Below are positions 1 through 9,235 of a stretch of 64,000 nucleotides of DNA, piece by piece. The notes below the pieces were generated by a model that was given only the letters and a program-made list of their open reading frames with translations, did no database searches and had not been told where the DNA came from. Made by a program: the position numbers and the translations under genes. Positions within the stretch are counted from its first letter, which is position 1. Every line of letters begins with the position of its first letter. Source of the stretch: a bacterium (GTDB lineage: Bacteria > UBA8248); assembly GCA_965221165.1 (NCBI GenBank), contig CBDCRP010000003.1, forward strand, positions 1,568,001 to 1,632,000, in the 5' to 3' direction.

Positions 1-83
1 GGGAAATGCTCCACCGCGCCGCATTCCCACGTGTATACAACGCCACGGACGGTCTCAGCTCCTGAAGCATTCGATGAGGTCAT
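1..83 (-). CDS. Partial gene (5' end), probable 4HBT-like thioesterase
   Basis: ATG at 83 reads MTSSNASGAETVRGVVYTWECGAVEHF and runs off the window; resembles the hotdog thioesterase N-terminal motif; lies downstream of hcmA. Confidence 0.35.
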   Translation of the reverse strand, partial: MTSSNASGAETVRGVVYTWECGAVEHF

Positions 84-216
84 GGTTCGGCGCTCTCGTT
101 TCAATGTAAGGCCCATGCGATCCTGACAGATAGAACGGGCGCAACCGCCGGCCAAGTAAGATAATAGACAGAGTGCCAGGAGATTTAACTCTGATTACAG
201 CGGGCCATCGTTTGAA

Positions 217-1908
217 TCAGAAAACCGGCGTTTCCCGGTAGGTGCCCCAGACCGACTTCAGTTTCTCGACGATATCTCCCATTGTTGCGCCCTCGCGCAC
301 AAGTTCAACCGTGACGGGCATGATGTTCCGCGTCTCGTCCTTTGCGACGGAGACGAGCTCCTCCAGAAGCATATCGACCTTGGCGTTGTCGCGTTCGGCG
401 CGCACCCTCCTCGTCCGCGCGATCTGCCGATCGGCGGTCGTGGAATCATAGGGATGGGTCTCGACCTCCTGGTTTTCGTCCTCCTCGACCATGGTGTTGA
501 CCCCGATGACCGGCTTTTCACCGGATTGCTTGCGCAAGGCGGTCTCATAAGCGAAGTCGGCGATCTGCTTCTGGAACCAGCCTTCCTCGATCAATTTGAT
601 CGTGCCGCCGTTTTCATCCACATAGTCGAGAATCTCGAAAATGCGCGTCTCGTACTCGTTGGTCAGGCTCTCGAGGTAGTAGGAGCCGCCCACCGGATCG
701 ATGACGTTGGTGACGTTTGTTTCCTCTGCAATTATCTGCTGCGTGCGCAAGGCTAGCCGCATGGCGTCCTCGGTCGGAATCGCGAACGCTTCGTCATAGC
801 CGTTTGTGTGCAGCGACTGGCAACCGCCAAGGACTGCGGCGAGGGCCTGGAACGCGGTTCGCACGATGTTGATCCGGTATTGCGGCTTGGTCAGGGTCGC
901 GGCCGCGGTCTGGCAATGGAAACGAAGCCGCATCGATTCCGGGTTCTTTGCGCCAAAGCGCTCTTTCATGATCTTGGCGTAACAGCGGCGCAGCGCCCGG
1001 AACTTGGCGATCTCCTCGAACAGGTCCGCTTGCGAGACGTAGAAGAAAGCAAGCCTCGGCGCGAACTCGTCGACGTTCATGCCGATCTTCAGCACCTCCT
1101 CCACGTAGACGATCAGGTTGGCCATGGTGAAGGCGGCCTCCTGCAAAGGCGAGGAGCCGGCCTCCGAGATGTGATAACCCGAGATATTGATCGGGTTGTA
1201 CCGCTTCATATTGCGGCCGCAGAAGGAGATGCAATCGCGCACGATGCGGACCGATGGCGCGATCGGATAGATGTACTCCTTCTGCGCCATATACTCTTTC
1301 AGTATGTCCGCCTGGATGGTGCCTGAGAGCTTGTTCAGGTCGAGGCCGCGCTTCTCGGCCAGCGCCACATACATGGCGAGCAAGATCCAGGCACTGGGGT
1401 TGATGGTCATCGATACGGAGATGTTCTCGAGATCGATGCCGTCGAACAGCGCCTCCATGTCGGCGAGCGTATCCACGGCCACGCCTTCGCGGCCCACCTC
1501 GCCCTCGCTCATCGGATGGTCGGAGTCGTAGCCCATGAGCGTGGGCATATCGAAGTCGGTCGATAGCCCTGTCTGCCCCTGCGAGATCAGATATTTGAAA
1601 CGTTTGTTGGTGTCTTCGCCGGTACCGAAACCGGCGATCTGGCGCATGGTCCACACCCGACCGCGATACATCGTCGGGTAGGGCCCGCGCGTAAAGGGAT
1701 AGCGCCCCGGCAGACCGATATCCTCGAGTGGCGTTTCAGCAATATCGGCAGCGGTATAGACACGCTGCACCGGAAAATCGCCGATTGTGAAGAATTGCTC
1801 CTTGCGCTCGGCTTGTTTCTTCAGGAAGGCAGCGACCTCGTCGCTCTCCCAATGCTCGATCTCGCTCCGGAGTTTCTCAAGCGAATTTAGAGTGAACATC
1901 TCGTTCAT
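217..1908 (-). CDS. hcmA: 2-hydroxyisobutyryl-CoA mutase large subunit (B12-dependent acyl-CoA mutase)
   Basis: Mutase large subunit with WTMRQIAGFG (Ile where MCM has Tyr and ICM has Phe) and STDFDMPT; ATG 1908 after GAGGGAG; C-terminus WGTYRETPVF. Confidence 0.9.
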   Translation of the reverse strand: MNEMFTLNSLEKLRSEIEHWESDEVAAFLKKQAERKEQFFTIGDFPVQRVYTAADIAETPLEDIGLPGRYPFTRGPYPTMYRGRVWTMRQIAGFGTGEDTNKRFKYLISQGQTGLSTDFDMPTLMGYDSDHPMSEGEVGREGVAVDTLADMEALFDGIDLENISVSMTINPSAWILLAMYVALAEKRGLDLNKLSGTIQADILKEYMAQKEYIYPIAPSVRIVRDCISFCGRNMKRYNPINISGYHISEAGSSPLQEAAFTMANLIVYVEEVLKIGMNVDEFAPRLAFFYVSQADLFEEIAKFRALRRCYAKIMKERFGAKNPESMRLRFHCQTAAATLTKPQYRINIVRTAFQALAAVLGGCQSLHTNGYDEAFAIPTEDAMRLALRTQQIIAEETNVTNVIDPVGGSYYLESLTNEYETRIFEILDYVDENGGTIKLIEEGWFQKQIADFAYETALRKQSGEKPVIGVNTMVEEDENQEVETHPYDSTTADRQIARTRRVRAERDNAKVDMLLEELVSVAKDETRNIMPVTVELVREGATMGDIVEKLKSVWGTYRETPVF

Positions 1909-2881
1909 GGTCTCCCTCTCTTTCGAGCGTCGTCGAGAGCAATTCTTCTGCCAGAGAATAGGGATCGCTCTCTCGGCGCATAAGCTGTTCGGCAAGTTTC
2001 GCGCTCGCCGCAGCCGTGGCAACGTTAAATCGATCATACAAAAGATTTTCGGCGGTCTTGCGCAGCCGGAATTCTGCGATGCTTTTGCGCCGCGCCCGGC
2101 CCGCATCGGTATCAGAGGTCACATCGCGATGCCGGGCAATCGCCTTCAGCAACTCGTCGAGCCCTTCTCCGGAAACAGAACTGGTACCGATCACGGGGAC
2201 AGCCCAGTCGGATGGTTCGTGCCCGTGCATTCCGAGCGTCAGCATTTGCTTCAAATCGATCAGCGTCCGATTGGCGTCGCTGCGGTCGCATTTCGACACT
2301 ACATGGATGTCGGCGATCTCCAGAATGCCCGCCTTGATCGCCTGGATCTCGTCGCCAAGGCCGGGCGGGGAAACCACTACCGTGGTGTGGGAAGCCCGCA
2401 CGATCTCGACCTCGTCCTGGCCCACGCCAACGGTTTCCAGAATGATGACCCCAAAACCGGCGGCATCAAGAATATCGACCGCCTCGAGAGCCGCGCGCGC
2501 CATGCCGCCAGTCGCCCCGTGAGTCGCCATGCTGCGGATATAAATGCCGGGATCGGTCCCTATGTCGCTCATGCGAATGCGGTCTCCCAGGATGGAGCCG
2601 CCCGAAAAGGGAGAGGATGGATCAATCGCAATGATGCCGACCTTCTCGCCGCTGGAACGCAGTCTTTGCGCCAGCCGGCTAACGAGTGTGGATTTTCCGC
2701 TGCCGGTTACCCCGGTTATGCCAACGACATGCGCTCGTCCGGCAAGTTTGTGAATCCGGGCGAGTGCGTCACGCGCTTCCGCCAGGCCCGACTCCGCGCG
2801 CGATATGAGGCGACCGATCGCGGCCGGCTCGCCTGTTTGAACGCGAGAAATGAGTTCCACGGAAGGGACATAGACTCTCAT
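1877..2881 (-). CDS. meaH: MeaB/ArgK-family G-protein chaperone of acyl-CoA mutase
   Basis: GITGVTGSGKST P-loop, DPSSPFSGGSILGDRIRM, ETVGVGQ, QAIKAGILEIAD. Confidence 0.9.
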   Translation of the reverse strand: MRVYVPSVELISRVQTGEPAAIGRLISRAESGLAEARDALARIHKLAGRAHVVGITGVTGSGKSTLVSRLAQRLRSSGEKVGIIAIDPSSPFSGGSILGDRIRMSDIGTDPGIYIRSMATHGATGGMARAALEAVDILDAAGFGVIILETVGVGQDEVEIVRASHTTVVVSPPGLGDEIQAIKAGILEIADIHVVSKCDRSDANRTLIDLKQMLTLGMHGHEPSDWAVPVIGTSSVSGEGLDELLKAIARHRDVTSDTDAGRARRKSIAEFRLRKTAENLLYDRFNVATAAASAKLAEQLMRRESDPYSLAEELLSTTLEREGDHERDVHSKFA

Positions 2882-4311
2882 CAGCGGTTTTCTTCATCCA
2901 GTTGTGTTTGCATCTCCTGGAAGACGGCCCTGTCGTCGATCACGCGGCGCGCCTTGAAATCCGTTCGGGGGATCGAGCCCGGCCCGACGATCTCCACGGC
3001 CGTCCGCAGCCCGAGCACCTTCTGCAACTGGTGCTCAACCTCGGTGCAGAACCGGGCGGCGCCGTCAGCATTGGCGAAGGTCTCGGTGTCGGTCTCGACG
3101 CGCAACTGTAACTCGTCCATTGCCGCCTCGCGGCTGATCACGATCCGGTGCTCTCCGCCATAGTGCGCAAGTTCGTTGAGCGCGGCGTCTATCTCGCTTG
3201 GATAAACATTCTCGCCGCGGATCGTGAACATGTCATCGATGCGCCCGAAAATACCGTGCGGCAGGCGCGGATAGGTCCGTCCACATGGGTTCAGTTCGTT
3301 GACCCATCGAGTCAGGTCCCCCGACGCCAGGCGGATCATTGGCTGAGAGGCGCGTTCGAGATGGGTGTACACAGGCGTTCCTCGTTCCCCGTAGGGGACC
3401 CGACGCATGGTTTCGGGATCGCACACTTCCGTGTAGACGACGTCCTGCCAGCAGAGCATTCCGTCCGTCTCGGCCGAACTTGCCACGTTCATCCACGGAC
3501 TCATCTCGGCCATGGAACCGCTGTCGTAAACCTTGGCCCCGTAGAGCCCCTCGATGCGCTCGCGGATGGCCGGGATCGAGGCGCCAGGCTCACCGGAAAA
3601 GAACATGATTTTGAGCTGCATGTCGCGAGGGTTCAGGCCCTCGTCTTCCGCGACCCGGGCGAGGTGCAGGGCGTAGGTCGGCGTACCGTAGAAGGCGGTG
3701 GGCTTCAGCATGTCGAGCCATTGCACGCAGCGCGCCGACATGCCGGACGCGCCGGCGCCAAACGGGAAAGATTTTGCACCGAGGCGTTCTGCGCCGGCGA
3801 GCGCCCCCCAACTCCCCATATAGAGAGAAAATACAGCGGCAATACAAATCGTATCCCCGGGGCGCAGACCCATGCTCCACATGATACGCGCATGCGCGTT
3901 GGCTATGGCGCGCCAGTCGCCCTGTGAGATGGCGAAGGCAGTGGGTCGCCCGGTCGTGCCACTGGTGCCATGGATGTGAAAGACATCGTCTTCGCCCACG
4001 CAGAGGTAACCACCAAAGGGCGGATTGCGTTCCTGGGCCTCGCGCAGGTCCTTCTTGGTAAGGACCGGGACCTTCTCCTCGAAGTCCTCAAGCGACTTAA
4101 GCCGGCTCGGGTGAAAACCGGCCTCATCCCATTTGTGGCGATAGAGGGCCGCATGCTCGTAGGCATAGGCGCAGACTTGCCGAAGGCGCCCCAGGATGGC
4201 CTTCTCCCGGTCTCCCGCCGGCATCGTCTCCCGCCGGGGGAACCAGTAGCGGCTATCTGGAGCCGGCAGAAAGTTCTCGTCGTAAGCGGGTGGGAATGAC
4301 CAGGACTCCAT
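2881..4311 (-). CDS. hcl: 2-hydroxyisobutyrate-CoA ligase (PaaK-like)
   Basis: HGTSGTTGRP, SGEPG, GRIDDMFTIRGENVYPS; position between hcmB and meaH. Confidence 0.85.
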   Translation of the reverse strand: MESWSFPPAYDENFLPAPDSRYWFPRRETMPAGDREKAILGRLRQVCAYAYEHAALYRHKWDEAGFHPSRLKSLEDFEEKVPVLTKKDLREAQERNPPFGGYLCVGEDDVFHIHGTSGTTGRPTAFAISQGDWRAIANAHARIMWSMGLRPGDTICIAAVFSLYMGSWGALAGAERLGAKSFPFGAGASGMSARCVQWLDMLKPTAFYGTPTYALHLARVAEDEGLNPRDMQLKIMFFSGEPGASIPAIRERIEGLYGAKVYDSGSMAEMSPWMNVASSAETDGMLCWQDVVYTEVCDPETMRRVPYGERGTPVYTHLERASQPMIRLASGDLTRWVNELNPCGRTYPRLPHGIFGRIDDMFTIRGENVYPSEIDAALNELAHYGGEHRIVISREAAMDELQLRVETDTETFANADGAARFCTEVEHQLQKVLGLRTAVEIVGPGSIPRTDFKARRVIDDRAVFQEMQTQLDEENR

Positions 4312-4321
4312 GGATATCGGA

Positions 4322-4729
4322 TCAGCGCGCGCCGCGCTCCTCCACGAGACGGGTCAGCGTATCGATAATCGTTTGCGGTGGCGTATCCTGCAGCAACACC
4401 TCGCTTACCCCCATTTTCTTGAGTTGGACCACATCTTCGTCCGGCATAACACCGCCGGCCACGACGATCATGTCATCGGCGCCGCCTTCCCGAAGCAGGT
4501 CGAATATCTTGGGGAACACCGTCATCTGCACACCGGACAAGAGACTTACGCCGAGCACGTCGACGTCTTCCTGTACGGCAGCGGTCACCAACTCTTCCGG
4601 TGAGCGGTGAAGGCCGGTGTAGATCACGTCCATACCGGCGTCCCGCAGGGCGCGGGCGACGATCTTGACGCCTCGGTCGTGACCGTCGAGACCCACCTTC
4701 GCCAGCAGGACGCGAATCGGCTGACCCAT
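4322..4729 (-). CDS. hcmB: Acyl-CoA mutase small cobalamin-binding subunit
   Basis: GLDGHDRG (DxHxxG) and GVSLLSG B12-binding motifs. Confidence 0.9.
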   Translation of the reverse strand: MGQPIRVLLAKVGLDGHDRGVKIVARALRDAGMDVIYTGLHRSPEELVTAAVQEDVDVLGVSLLSGVQMTVFPKIFDLLREGGADDMIVVAGGVMPDEDVVQLKKMGVSEVLLQDTPPQTIIDTLTRLVEERGAR

Positions 4730-4753
4730 GGGGCGTTCCTCATCGGGCTCTTA

Positions 4754-4765
4754 TTTGTATACGAA
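4754..4765. promoter_or_regulatory. Putative GntR-family operator
   Basis: Near-palindrome TTTGTATACGAA between hcmB and a divergent GntR remnant. Confidence 0.4.
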
Positions 4766-4841
4766 AACGGTATTCAACCTGCACAAAAAGCACCATACTG
4801 TCAAGGGGAAACAGAATCGACCCGCAGGAAGGAATGATCTC

Positions 4842-5005
4842 GTGGACGCCCTTGCTCACCCGAAGACACTCGTCGAGCAAGCCTATGACGCCATGCTGGA
4901 TGAAGTGGCAAAAAGGCTGAACGTCTCACGTCAGCCCATCACCAGCGCGCTGCCGATGCTCAAGTCCCAGGGCTTTGTTCGCGAAGCGGGGCGGCGGGGT
5001 TTCGG
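4842..5005 (+). pseudogene. GntR-family regulator N-terminal remnant
   Basis: TLVEQAYDAMLDE-VAKRLNVSRQPITSALPMLKSQGFV-REAGRRG is a wHTH with an internal gap and no effector domain. Confidence 0.6.
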
Positions 5006-5305
5006 GGGATTGGCGGCCTCGGCGAGGGCGGCTCTCAGTTTTTCCAGGCAATCGGCCACGTTTCTGCCCTGATCGCGAAAGCGGCTGCTCGCGATGACCA
5101 CCTCGCGCGAGACGCGGCGCGGGAATTTCTCGCAAAACCTGCGCTTCACCTCTTCCGGCGCGCTCGCCGATGCGCCCATGTTCCAGCGGAGCACCGCCTT
5201 GCTCGACACCTTGTTCACGTTCTGCCCGCCGGGCCCCGAACTCCGCGCGAACTGAAAGTGGATTTCCCTGAGCGGAATCTTGAGCCTCTCGTTCACGATG
5301 AGCAT
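4931..5305 (-). CDS. arfB: ArfB/YaeJ alternative ribosome-rescue peptidyl-tRNA hydrolase, C-terminal tail apparently truncated
   Basis: ARSSGPGGQNVNKV (GGQ motif), RFRDQGRN; the basic tail stops after PKPRRP. Confidence 0.75.
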   Translation of the reverse strand: MLIVNERLKIPLREIHFQFARSSGPGGQNVNKVSSKAVLRWNMGASASAPEEVKRRFCEKFPRRVSREVVIASSRFRDQGRNVADCLEKLRAALAEAANPPKPRRPASRTKPWDLSIGSALVMG

Positions 5306-5484
5306 GGGTGATTACTCCCGGGGGGTGGGGGGCTCATGGCGTTGGTGGGGGATATCCTACCATGAGCGAGGGGGACTTTCGTGGTGGGTGGGTTGGGGGG
5401 GGGTAGTAGCGGAAGAACTAGAAAAGTAAACTCCACCATTCCCGGTATACCGTGCCTGTTACAAATATCCGCAAAATAGAAGGG

Positions 5485-6111
5485 TCATTTTTTTTGTACA
5501 GGGTCGATTTTCGGCAAACTGCTACAAGTCGCCGCAACATCCTCCCCTATCATCTCAATAACCATGCTTAATTGATGTTGTGGGACTCTCATGCGTGCAT
5601 CGCGAAGGGCGTTCACTATTGCATCGATCTGACCTTGCTGTCCGAGCGCACTTCGTACTGTCTCATGGAGCAACAGATCTATTGTAGAAGCCACCACAAG
5701 ATTCGGAAATCTATTTTTACAAATGTTCTGAGCTTTCCGCTCATCAATGAGCGCTACACCTCCTATTTCGTGAGCATATCCGATCGTCGTAGCCTCACCG
5801 TCGTCCAAGGTGTCCAGTGTAATCCCCACAACTAACGATTCGTAGATGCGGTTTCCGGCTTCACCAAGTCGGGCTAGCTGGACGGCACCGCAGCCAATCA
5901 AAACCTTGAGTTTTTCAGCGTCCCTGTGTCCACGGGAGACACCTCTTTCTAATTCAGCGAATGTATGCTCGGTCACGGTAACCGATCCAGGTTGCGCCTT
6001 TATGATATCAATCGCTCGGCCCGTGGCGTTTAGATTGATAACGACACTTGCATCAGCAACGAGAACGGTACTCGAACTAATCTCAAAGCTTGAGGAGTTC
6101 ATTCGCTTCAT
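5485..6111 (-). CDS. PIN-like domain protein (putative nuclease or toxin)
   Basis: LVADASVVINL, AEL, LDDGEA, LIDERKA acidic PIN-type pattern. Confidence 0.65.
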   Translation of the reverse strand: MKRMNSSSFEISSSTVLVADASVVINLNATGRAIDIIKAQPGSVTVTEHTFAELERGVSRGHRDAEKLKVLIGCGAVQLARLGEAGNRIYESLVVGITLDTLDDGEATTIGYAHEIGGVALIDERKAQNICKNRFPNLVVASTIDLLLHETVRSALGQQGQIDAIVNALRDARMRVPQHQLSMVIEMIGEDVAATCSSLPKIDPVQKK

Positions 6112-7261
6112 TTTCCTCCGTTTCAGCCCCGTCGAGTACCTCCCTCATCTCATTTCGATCAAGGTTCAAAAGACGCGCAAGTTGGCCTTCACTATAAAAG
6201 TTTCGTTTCCAAACCTCTCTTGCCAATAGAGCCAGGCGCGGTGGAACAGGCCCTTGAGCATCTATTGCGTGAATGCGTTTATCCGGCAAGTCACCCAATA
6301 CCTGACGTGCCTGCTTATCAGTGATGCCCCCATTTGCGACAAACCAATCCCAAGTTCCCTTTCTAGCAAGAAAAAGCTCTTCGAGCCTACGTCCTATTGC
6401 TTCTCGCGAAATACCAAAAGCGTGAGCAAGAAGAATAATATGCCGCCGCGTCAGGTGAGACTGCCCGGCCGTATATTCTGCAAACCGCTGTTGGACAGCC
6501 CGTGCGGGCGTTAGGAAACAACGTGAGAAGCAATTTGCATAGCGTTCTTCGCGGGATGCAAATTTCTCGTCTAGAGTGAAAACTTCGGGTTTTTGCCGGG
6601 TCCCCATAAAATGCGCGAGTTCATGAATAACGGATTGTCTGAGGCGTTCAATGGGATGGTTTGCATTCAAAAGTATGCAGGCTCCAGCAATTTCATCATA
6701 TGCAAACAGCCCAGAAATTTTCCCATCCAGCCGTCTGAGATAGATCCGAATACCAAACCGAAGATCAAGCATCTGAATGACATCGAGAATAGGCCCAGAA
6801 CCAAGGCCAAGCCAGTCCCTGAGTTCCTGTGCGTCCTGTTCCGCCTGTATTCTCACATCGCCAGGAAGAATCGGCCTCTCGGGTGGGTAATTTCGTGTGC
6901 GTTCGATCCCGAGCATGTTCTCAAGTTCAACTTCCGCACGAACGAGATCGTTGAGTAGTTTTGCCGCATTCTCAATGGCATCGTTCGTACTTTGGTACAA
7001 CCTACGAAAGCGTGGCACCATATCAAGATGAACAGCTTCCCGCCTCAAAATCGCATTGACGGACGTGTCATATATAGCAGCTAACTTCTGTAATTCACTC
7101 ATTCGGACTCGCCGCTGACCTTGCTCAAGGGCTACGATGGTAGTACGTGCAACATCAATTGCATTAGCCGCTGATGCTTGGGTTTGTTTCGCTGATTCCC
7201 TTGCCATGCGAAGGCGTTGACCAATCTCTATGTCCGAAAATATGTCCGCAGGGAAAGTCAT
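6083..7261 (-). CDS. XRE-family HTH fused to ImmA/IrrE-type zinc metallopeptidase
   Basis: N-terminal HTH (IGQRLRMARE..TQ..VARTTIVALEQGQR); IHELAH (HExxH) plus ERYANCFS; ATG 7261 after GAGGA. Confidence 0.85.
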   Translation of the reverse strand: MTFPADIFSDIEIGQRLRMARESAKQTQASAANAIDVARTTIVALEQGQRRVRMSELQKLAAIYDTSVNAILRREAVHLDMVPRFRRLYQSTNDAIENAAKLLNDLVRAEVELENMLGIERTRNYPPERPILPGDVRIQAEQDAQELRDWLGLGSGPILDVIQMLDLRFGIRIYLRRLDGKISGLFAYDEIAGACILLNANHPIERLRQSVIHELAHFMGTRQKPEVFTLDEKFASREERYANCFSRCFLTPARAVQQRFAEYTAGQSHLTRRHIILLAHAFGISREAIGRRLEELFLARKGTWDWFVANGGITDKQARQVLGDLPDKRIHAIDAQGPVPPRLALLAREVWKRNFYSEGQLARLLNLDRNEMREVLDGAETEENEANELLKL

Positions 7262-7263
7262 TT

Positions 7264-8631
7264 TTATCCTCGCGCCCATTGTTTTACAAAAGAATTAGGG
7301 CCAAGTGAGTCCAGGTAGTGTTGCCATTCATCCGCATGTTTTAGGAGGAGTGTTCTCAGGTACTTAAAAATTTCTTCGCATGAATGGTCAAGCGCAGGCT
7401 CAAGAAGCATGGCGTGTCTCTCGACCAACAGCCTCATATTTTCTTTCTCCATAGTGGCCAGATGCTCCATGTGCAGGACGCCTGCAATCGCGTAATTACG
7501 GTAGGCGCTATTTAACTTCGTGAAATCCGGATCGACGGCATCATCTAAGGTTGTCGCTGACATGTTAATGCAGATGTAGGCATCGGGACGCTCTCTCAGG
7601 CCGGCGGCATGCACGGCGACTCGTCTCAACATGCAAGCAGCGCAGACTCCGCAGTGACGCCATTTTCGATTTACGGAACTCCATTGGTTACTACGCCAGC
7701 AGGACCTCGTAGATTGCCAGTCGTTTTTTCCGGAAAGAGAACTGAACTTTTTAAGTGTCTCACCTTTGGTGTTCCATATTCGCGGAAAAATGTAGCGAAC
7801 TTGCTTACCTAGGAGCGCCTCAGTGAAACGCTGCATTCGCATCGTAAAAAGAGGATGATTCCGGTAATCCTTATAGGTGTGTCCTGAGTCTACCAACACT
7901 GGTCCGAACACGCCCTGTCCACTTTCGGGAACGATAATTTTCTCAGCATCGGTTATATAAGCGGCGATGGCGCTAATTAAAGTAAACTTGAAACCCCGAC
8001 TACGAAAACTCGACTCTCTTTTGGGGGTATGACTTGAAACTTTATAGGGCACATTCGTGAAGGGTTGGAAGCCGTTGTGATGCGATGGTTTGTTACTACT
8101 CTTTGCTCCAATCCTTACACGAACGAGTTTTTCGCCGAACATTTCACCGAGGATGCCTGCTACAGCAAACGAATCCATACCGTCACTAAATGCAATGATG
8201 GCTTCCGTTGGCACCTTCAAATTGAGATAATCCTGCGGTGGAGATGGTGCTTCACTCGAACGTCCAATGAAGTCTATTGACCAATAGTCTCCCGTTAGAA
8301 ATCCAACCGCATCATGAAGTGCAGCGGATGTGTCCGGCGCATTCCACCGTGTAGGATCGTGTACGGGTATTTTGAGTGATATTCGGCGCGCCCACTCTTG
8401 AGTCGGACGTTTGACGGTTCTATCGCCAAATTCGATGGCGGCAGCAACAACCATTGCATCATAAAGCACCGTTTCCCATCGGGCGAATGAATAGGTCCGT
8501 AGTGCTGCGGTCGAGAATCTTATGTCGCGCTCAAGTTCCAATGGAATGTAATCATTTCCGGGGTGCTGGCTCGGTTCTATCACATCAATTTTTTTCTCTG
8601 ACATCCTTCCGAAAAAAGATTTGGTATTCAA
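7264..8631 (-). CDS. QueC-like PP-loop enzyme of the QatC type
   Basis: AFSDGMDS PP-loop, RSRGFKF, PESGQG, TKGE, TRSCW and HCGVCAACMLRR zinc site; N-terminal extension with IPVHDP..W and FLTGDYW. Confidence 0.8.
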   Translation of the reverse strand: MNTKSFFGRMSEKKIDVIEPSQHPGNDYIPLELERDIRFSTAALRTYSFARWETVLYDAMVVAAAIEFGDRTVKRPTQEWARRISLKIPVHDPTRWNAPDTSAALHDAVGFLTGDYWSIDFIGRSSEAPSPPQDYLNLKVPTEAIIAFSDGMDSFAVAGILGEMFGEKLVRVRIGAKSSNKPSHHNGFQPFTNVPYKVSSHTPKRESSFRSRGFKFTLISAIAAYITDAEKIIVPESGQGVFGPVLVDSGHTYKDYRNHPLFTMRMQRFTEALLGKQVRYIFPRIWNTKGETLKKFSSLSGKNDWQSTRSCWRSNQWSSVNRKWRHCGVCAACMLRRVAVHAAGLRERPDAYICINMSATTLDDAVDPDFTKLNSAYRNYAIAGVLHMEHLATMEKENMRLLVERHAMLLEPALDHSCEEIFKYLRTLLLKHADEWQHYLDSLGPNSFVKQWARG

Positions 8632-9185
8632 AGCAACGGCCCCTCATCAAGACCAGTGCGTTTAGTTAAACGGAAATCGGTGTTTGAGAGGCTGCTAGAC
8701 GTCAATTCCGATACAAGAGTTTCATATCCACATTGGGAGCGAGCAATACTTAAGCGGCTGCGTATATATGACACACTGCCCGGTTTTTTTCTGAGATGAT
8801 GCTCTTCGATTTGACGGCAAACGTCCAGTGCATAAGTTTCAAGAGCATTTTTAAATGCGTGCCTGAAAGCGGTATCACCGGTCATCCCGTTTTTGTTAAC
8901 TTCAATTGCACAATCAAGGAGAATATTTCCCTCTGCAGAGCCTCGGCAAATCTGGCGGGCATCGTTAAGTTGTAAAGAGATTTCTTCCCTACACTGTGAA
9001 GCCTTTATTCCATTAACGAATATGTCACAAATTTCAGATAGTGGGACTTTTGAATAATCTTTCCTAAGGCCGAAAGAGAATGCTTCGTCCAACTCTACAT
9101 GTGAAAATGCGGGACTTTGAGCTCTCTCTGCGAATTTTTTCCAGTGTCGCCTCATCGGCAAACTTTTATGTGGCCCATCACTCAT
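8628..9185 (-). CDS. Hypothetical protein, first gene of the QueC-like operon
   Basis: 185-aa ORF, RBS AGGAGGT at 9191-9197, stop overlaps the QueC-like start. Confidence 0.75.
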   Translation of the reverse strand: MSDGPHKSLPMRRHWKKFAERAQSPAFSHVELDEAFSFGLRKDYSKVPLSEICDIFVNGIKASQCREEISLQLNDARQICRGSAEGNILLDCAIEVNKNGMTGDTAFRHAFKNALETYALDVCRQIEEHHLRKKPGSVSYIRSRLSIARSQCGYETLVSELTSSSLSNTDFRLTKRTGLDEGPLL

Positions 9186-9205
9186 AAAGCACCTCCTATG
9201 TCATA

Positions 9206-9235
9206 ATTATATTTTAATATACCTGACATTGTCAA
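9206..9235 (-). promoter_or_regulatory. Sigma70 promoter TTGACA-N18-TATAAT with overlapping palindrome
   Basis: Minus strand TTGACA (9235-9230) and TATAAT (9211-9206); palindrome TGACA-T-TGTCA at 9224-9234. Confidence 0.7.

Noticed and set aside
5320-5405. G-rich tract, possible G-quadruplex or hairpin (GCTCATGG...CCATGAGC)
   Set aside because: Single low-complexity occurrence with no supporting evidence of function
7264-8631. Housekeeping queC for queuosine synthesis
   Set aside because: About twice the length of canonical QueC, with a QatC-like extension and no que or tgt neighbours
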